Assembly (NCBI GenBank): GCA_020442635.1 | Contig: JAGRJR010000007.1 | Location: 434-64,433 of the forward strand | Length of the DNA: 64,000 bases | Origin: Lysobacterales bacterium | GTDB taxonomy: Bacteria > Pseudomonadota > Gammaproteobacteria > Xanthomonadales > Marinicellaceae | Direction: 5' to 3' | Part shown: piece after piece, positions 58,745 to 64,000 of the stretch | Position numbering within the stretch: the first letter of the stretch is position 1 | Layout of the letters: each line of letters starts with the position of its first letter | The notes under the pieces: model-generated | The model's input: only the letters and a program-made list of their open reading frames with translations | Told to the model about the DNA's origin: nothing | The model's database searches: none | Translations under genes and position numbers: made by a program

Positions 58745-59950
58745 ATGAAAAAAACAACCCTGATTTTAGCTACCAGCCTGTTAACAGCCTGTGGTGGAGA
58801 GGATAAAAACTCCACTCCAGTAATCACTGTTATGCAAGATCGAGTGGTGTTTGAAATTCATGCAGAAGGGGAGCTGGAGGCGGTTAAATCAACCCCAATC
58901 ACTACGCCTGCAGCATCACGTCGTCCACAGACACTGGCATGGATAGCGCCGCAATTTTCTACAGTCAAAGAAGGTGAAGTGGTGGCGAAATTCGATGGCA
59001 GTGATTTTCAACTGGAAGTGGATGAAACGGAGTTTGAAATCCAGAAAATCATGTATTCAATGATGGACAAGGATCGTGAAATAGATAACAGTAAATTTAG
59101 TTTTGGCGCTGAAGCCGAAGTTATCGACTATGAATATGAACTGGCCAAACAATTCAACATTGATGACCCATTGCTGTATACCAAGATTGAAATGATTGAA
59201 GCTGGTGATAATGAGGATTTTCTCAAAGCCAAAGCCGAACACATCGACAAGGTTGAAGAAAATTTTGAAGAAAAGTCGGCTTCAGAAAAAGCCGTACTGG
59301 AAAGCTCAAAACAAAAACAAATGGCTAAATTGGAAATGAACTCAGCCAGTTTAAGCGCATTAGAAATTAAAGCGCCGCATGATGGTTTGTTTGTACTTGA
59401 GCCCAGTTGGGACGGTTCTTTACCTGAACCTGGGAAGTCAGTGTTTCCGGGTGCGAAACTTGCTTCGTTGCCTGACTTGAGTGCTATGCAGGCCAAGATT
59501 TATGTCCCTGAAGTTGAAGCCATCGGCATCAAGGAAGGGGTGGCGGCAACCGTTTCTTTACATGCTTTTCCTGATAACCAAATCAACGGTACTGTCAGTT
59601 CAATCAGCAAAACTGCCCAGCCCAAAGAGCGAGACAATCCTGTTAAATATTTTACCGTAACCGTTGCTTTGGACACCTCCAATGATGATAAGCTCAAACC
59701 TGGACAACGATTAGATGCCAGCATTCGGGTGGTCGAACAAGAACAAGGGCTTGCTGTGCCTATTCAGACGGTTTTTCGTGAACAGGAACGCACCTGGGTT
59801 TTTATTCAAAAGGGTGGTGGGTTTGCACAACAAGATGTTACAACCGGCTTTTGTAGTTCCAGTTTGTGTACCATTGAAACAGGTTTAACCGATGGAGATG
59901 TTATCGCATTAAGTCAACCCGTAGGATTGATAGCGGAGGGTAGGCCATGA
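58745..59950 (+). CDS. HlyD/RND-adaptor-family lipoprotein (adaptor 3)
   Basis: Lipobox LLTAC, coiled coil, and a beta-barrel/MPD-like C-terminus (LKPGQRLDASIRV). Confidence 0.7.
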   Translation: MKKTTLILATSLLTACGGEDKNSTPVITVMQDRVVFEIHAEGELEAVKSTPITTPAASRRPQTLAWIAPQFSTVKEGEVVAKFDGSDFQLEVDETEFEIQKIMYSMMDKDREIDNSKFSFGAEAEVIDYEYELAKQFNIDDPLLYTKIEMIEAGDNEDFLKAKAEHIDKVEENFEEKSASEKAVLESSKQKQMAKLEMNSASLSALEIKAPHDGLFVLEPSWDGSLPEPGKSVFPGAKLASLPDLSAMQAKIYVPEVEAIGIKEGVAATVSLHAFPDNQINGTVSSISKTAQPKERDNPVKYFTVTVALDTSNDDKLKPGQRLDASIRVVEQEQGLAVPIQTVFREQERTWVFIQKGGGFAQQDVTTGFCSSSLCTIETGLTDGDVIALSQPVGLIAEGRP

Positions 59951-61185
59951 ATACACTGAGCATCAATTTAAAACATGCCATCTCTGAAATGATGCACCAC
60001 AAACTGCGTACTTTGCTTACGCTGTTGGGTATGGTGTTTGGGGTGGGTGCGGTGATAGCTATGCTGAGCATCGGTGAAGGGGCGCAAGCAGAAGCCACCC
60101 GTTTGATTGAAAAAATGGGTCTGCGTAATCTGGTGATTGAGGAAAAAACCTTTGACCAGGAAACCCTGAAAGAAATTCGCGAAGACACTTTGGGTTTGTC
60201 GATGAATGATGTAAGAGCCTTGCAGGACAGTTTGCCATTTGTTGAACAAACCTGTGGTGAAAAAACCATCAAGACTTGGAGTTTGTTTTCAGTCAATGCC
60301 AATTCTGATGGTGCCGTTAAAGCGATATCGCCCAGTTGTTTTGCCATGGCCAATCTTGAAGCGGCTACAGGAAGGTTGTTCGAGCAAGCTGATAACAAAG
60401 CGTTTTCACAAGTGGCCGTTATCGGTTCTGAGGTGGCTGATCAGCTATTTCCCGAAGGTAATGCTCTCGGCCAACGCATTAAAATCAACCATCTGTGGGT
60501 TGAAGTGGTGGGTGTTTTACGTAAAGACGAACTTTCCAAAGACGAAATTCAAGGCATCAAACTGGGTGCCGAACACAACCAGATTTTCATTCCAGTAGAA
60601 ACTGCTTTCAAACGCCTGAAGCTGGAAATGTTAGAGAGCCAATTGGACACCATAAGAGTTGGTCTTGATGAAAGCATCAAGCCGCAAATGGCCTCAGTAG
60701 CCATTGACCGTTTGCTCAAACGTCGCCATGGTAACATCGACGATTACCAAATTATTGTGCCGGCTTCATTACTAAATCAACAAAATCAAACCCAACAAAT
60801 CTTCACCATAGTGATGTCAAGCATAGCGGGCATTTCCCTGTTGGTCGGTGGTATAGGTATCATGAATATCATGTTGGCTACGGTGTTAGAACGCACCAAA
60901 GAAATTGGCTTATTACGCGCTTTAGGTGCACGCAAAGCTGACATCAAAAATCAATTCCTTATCGAAAGCGCCACCATTGCTGCTGTTGGTGCAGTGCTCG
61001 GTATTGTCATGGGGATCATCTTATCGTTCCTGATTCAGTCGCTGGCCGACTGGCCAGTAGCCTGGAGTATTTTTTCCATTATCCTTGCAGTTGGTGTTTG
61101 CCTGTTGACAGGCATCGCTTTTGGCTATTATCCCGCTAAGCAAGCCGCCGAACTGGATCCGATACAGGCGCTACAGAAAAATTGA
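59947..61185 (+). CDS. ABC transporter permease, MacB/FtsX type
   Basis: TM1, a ~230-aa periplasmic domain, and three C-terminal TMs with an FtsX-like ending (GIAFGYYPAKQAAELDPIQAL). Confidence 0.85.
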   Translation: MNTLSINLKHAISEMMHHKLRTLLTLLGMVFGVGAVIAMLSIGEGAQAEATRLIEKMGLRNLVIEEKTFDQETLKEIREDTLGLSMNDVRALQDSLPFVEQTCGEKTIKTWSLFSVNANSDGAVKAISPSCFAMANLEAATGRLFEQADNKAFSQVAVIGSEVADQLFPEGNALGQRIKINHLWVEVVGVLRKDELSKDEIQGIKLGAEHNQIFIPVETAFKRLKLEMLESQLDTIRVGLDESIKPQMASVAIDRLLKRRHGNIDDYQIIVPASLLNQQNQTQQIFTIVMSSIAGISLLVGGIGIMNIMLATVLERTKEIGLLRALGARKADIKNQFLIESATIAAVGAVLGIVMGIILSFLIQSLADWPVAWSIFSIILAVGVCLLTGIAFGYYPAKQAAELDPIQALQKN

Positions 61186-61284
61186 TACATAGGTTTTAAA
61201 AAGCAGGCTTTATAAGAAAATAATTCAAGAGGTTGAAATCTAAGGCTTTTTCGAAAAAAAACTATTGGAATCAATGCTTTGAAA

Positions 61285-61360
<76 letters not shown>

Positions 61361-61395
61361 ACTATCGTTTGCTCTCGCATGAAACGAGGAAGCGA

Positions 61396-61424
61396 AGTAT
61401 AGACAAAATCATATGATTGTTCAA
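61396..61424 (-). promoter_or_regulatory. sigma-70 promoter for tRNA-Thr
   Basis: Minus strand TTGAAC-17 nt-TATACT. The -10 element ends ~35 nt upstream of the tRNA 5' end. Confidence 0.6.
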
Positions 61425-61738
61425 ACTTTTTTTTATAATTAGAGGTATTTCTCCCGTTTGTGGTTCAAGCAAAGGCCACTCTTAATGAGTTGGCACTGAA
61501 AAAAGTCTACCCCGGATTTTTTTGGATTCAGTTAAAACACACACACTTAGCACTTGGTTTTTTGGTAATGGTTTTTGTATATTTGATTCCCTTTCTATTA
61601 AAGTTAATATTTTATGTGATTTTTAGATTCAACTCATTAAAGTTGAGATGTTCAAAATAAAGCGGCCATTATATGTTGGCTTCTCATTTAAGATGTTTCT
61701 TGCGATAATGGGGGCTTGTATCAAAAAAAACAGTTTCA

Positions 61739-62491
61739 ATGACGCCACTTACCTTAACCATGCAAGGCATGGAAAATTTGAATGACAGTACAGTTAATAT
61801 TTCTTTTAAAGTTGATTCTGAGCAACCTTTTGTGGTGATTGCCGGTCAGTTTTTACGCTTGCACTTTACCCAGGATGATGGCTTTGAAACGTTCAGGAGT
61901 TATTCAATTGCTAATATTTTTCCCGAGGAAAAGTCATTGTTGGATGAAGTGGCGATCGCGGTTTCCTGGGTACCAGGTGGTCTGGCGACCGAGTACTTGT
62001 CGAATATGCAAGTAGGTGAACAATTAGAAGCAACTGGTCCTTATGGTCGTTTTTGTTTGTTGCCCGACCGACATGAACGCTATTTTCTGATTGCTACTGG
62101 TACTGGTGTAACACCTTATCGAGCCATGCTTAAGGAAATAGAACTGCGTTTGCAAACAGGGTCAGAGTTTTATGTGGTCATGGGGGCACAGGATGAAACT
62201 GGGTTGTTGTATGAAGCTGATTTTGTGGCGTTGGAATCTCAATATGATCATTTTCACTACGTTCCTTGTCTGTCACGAAAAACACGAATCCAACCAGGCG
62301 TTAATGACCATAACGGTTATGTACAAAGCTATTTGACCCAACATGACTTTGATGCTGAAAATGACATTGCCTATTTATGCGGGAATCCCAATATGGTTGA
62401 TGCAACTTTTAATTTACTTAAAGAAAAAGGTATGCCTGTGCCATTAATTAAGCGAGAAAAATACATCAGTCCTGCACCAAGGAAAAAATAA
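61739..62491 (+). CDS. ferredoxin-NADP(+) reductase-family flavoprotein
   Basis: FAD motif RSYSIAN, NAD(P) motif ATGTGVTPYRAM, and YLCGNPNMV. Confidence 0.8.
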   Translation: MTPLTLTMQGMENLNDSTVNISFKVDSEQPFVVIAGQFLRLHFTQDDGFETFRSYSIANIFPEEKSLLDEVAIAVSWVPGGLATEYLSNMQVGEQLEATGPYGRFCLLPDRHERYFLIATGTGVTPYRAMLKEIELRLQTGSEFYVVMGAQDETGLLYEADFVALESQYDHFHYVPCLSRKTRIQPGVNDHNGYVQSYLTQHDFDAENDIAYLCGNPNMVDATFNLLKEKGMPVPLIKREKYISPAPRKK

Positions 62492-62564
62492 CCGTGACCA
62501 TTGGGACATGATTAATCTTAACCATTTGCAATACAATTATTTACGTTAAACAGCTCAAATTCTT

Positions 62565-63998
62565 ATGAAAAAAATCTTATTCACCACGGTGATGTGGTTG
62601 GCTTTGGTTGATGCCAATGCCATCGAACTGAAGCCCTGCTTTATTGGCGCCGATAATTCTGGTGTTAGCACCAAGGCACATTGCGGTAAATTGGCTGTTC
62701 CTGAAAATCGGAACAGCCCTGAGAAAACCATTGAATTAAACATTGCAGTGATTAAATCAAGCTCCAATGAAAAACTTGATGATCCTTTGCTGTTATTAGC
62801 TGGCGGTCCCGGCCAGGGTGCTGTTGATACCTACGCAGGCTTGGTTAATGGTTTCAAAAACATGATACCATTGCGCGACATTGTTTTGGTGGATCAACGA
62901 GGTACAGGAGATTCTAACCCTTTGCGTTGTGAAATTGATCCAGAAGAGTTTGAGACTTTGAGTGACTTGTCATCTGATGCCTGGAAACAATGGACAACTG
63001 ACTGTCATAACAGCCTGAATGCTGATACCCGCTTTTATACCACCACAGAGGCGATACATGATTTGGAAGCGGTTCGTGAAGCTTTGGCCATTCCCCAATG
63101 GAATCTGTATGGTGGGTCTTATGGTACTCGAAAGGCATTGACTTATATGAACTTGTACCCTGAGGCCATCAGATCGGTCATTCTGGATGCTGTGGTGCCA
63201 CAGGAACAGGCATTGGGGGTGGAGCACGAAGCCAATTTACAAAGTACATTGGAGAGAATCTTTATGCTGTGCGAAAAAGATCAGGATTGCCATACCGCTT
63301 TTGGTGATGCCGGACAACAGATGTGGAAGTTTTTGGATAAACTGAAAGAAACGCCCATCCAGTTGCGAATGCCCAACCCCACTTCAGGGGAATTTGAGGA
63401 GGTGTTGATGACACGTGAATATGCGGTTGTGGCTTTGCGCATGTTTGCCTATTCGCCAGAAACTATGGGGCTCATTCCTTTGATGGTTTCATTGGCCAAT
63501 CATGATCAACCAGAAACCATCGCTGCACAAGCACAAATGATGATGGCCAACTTAAACCAAGGACTGAACAATGCATTGGAAATTTCGGTTTCCTGTGCTG
63601 AGGATGTACCTTTTATGCCTAAAAAAACTCATACCAGCAATTCTTTGTTTGGCGATGATTTGTTTGAAATGATGCATGCCCGATGTGAATTATGGGACTC
63701 TGTTCCCGTAGATAAGGCTTTTAAACAACCTGTTGTTTCAGACATCCCTACCTTGTTATTATCCGGTGAGTATGATCCAGTCACCCCGCCAGAAAATGCT
63801 GAAAAAGTGATGCAAACACTCAGTAATGCTCAACATTTGGTGGCCAAAGGCCAGGGGCATATTGTTGGTACTAGGGGTTGTATGCCAAAAATTCTGGCTG
63901 CATTCATTAAAGATCCAGAAGCAGAGTTAGACACTGCCTGTATGAAGGATTTTCGTGACTTTTCTTTTTTTATCAACATGAATGGGCCAAAAGAATGA
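62565..63998 (+). CDS. secreted alpha/beta hydrolase (tripeptidyl-aminopeptidase-like)
   Basis: Signal peptide, nucleophile elbow GGSYGT, and a C-terminal GQGH segment. Confidence 0.7.
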   Translation: MKKILFTTVMWLALVDANAIELKPCFIGADNSGVSTKAHCGKLAVPENRNSPEKTIELNIAVIKSSSNEKLDDPLLLLAGGPGQGAVDTYAGLVNGFKNMIPLRDIVLVDQRGTGDSNPLRCEIDPEEFETLSDLSSDAWKQWTTDCHNSLNADTRFYTTTEAIHDLEAVREALAIPQWNLYGGSYGTRKALTYMNLYPEAIRSVILDAVVPQEQALGVEHEANLQSTLERIFMLCEKDQDCHTAFGDAGQQMWKFLDKLKETPIQLRMPNPTSGEFEEVLMTREYAVVALRMFAYSPETMGLIPLMVSLANHDQPETIAAQAQMMMANLNQGLNNALEISVSCAEDVPFMPKKTHTSNSLFGDDLFEMMHARCELWDSVPVDKAFKQPVVSDIPTLLLSGEYDPVTPPENAEKVMQTLSNAQHLVAKGQGHIVGTRGCMPKILAAFIKDPEAELDTACMKDFRDFSFFINMNGPKE

Positions 63999-64000
63999 TA

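Overview
AT-rich chromosomal segment, by synteny a (probably marine) gammaproteobacterium. It mixes housekeeping genes with accessory loci. Housekeeping: mrcB-like PBP1B, yoaA/dinG helicase, polA, gppA/ppx-rho-trxA, fnr with ccoNOQP-ccoGHIS, tRNA-Thr. Main accessory content: (1) Between ~12 and 29.5 kb, a glycan-biosynthesis region holds six separate sulfotransferase-motif genes. They are interleaved with glycosyltransferases, two LtaS-type transferases, an FG-GAP/VCBS protein and a secreted protein that looks highly expressed. A 1450-aa three-module glycosyltransferase lies at 2.1-6.5 kb. (2) Downstream of polA there is a 71-bp direct repeat, then a ~650-bp ORF-free AT-rich region with four perfect DnaA boxes. 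(3) A Ser/Thr kinase gene abuts an anti-sigma-less ECF sigma gene, with a convergent Pmp-like beta-helix protein. (4) A markedly AT-richer islet (~54.0-56.2 kb) encodes a Cys-rich secreted protein and a CPBP (Abi) protease. It is followed by a MacB-type ABC operon with three tandem periplasmic adaptor genes, ending at tRNA-Thr. No CRISPR, transposase, integrase or rRNA was seen. All calls rest on reading the translations and sequence motifs. No database search was run.
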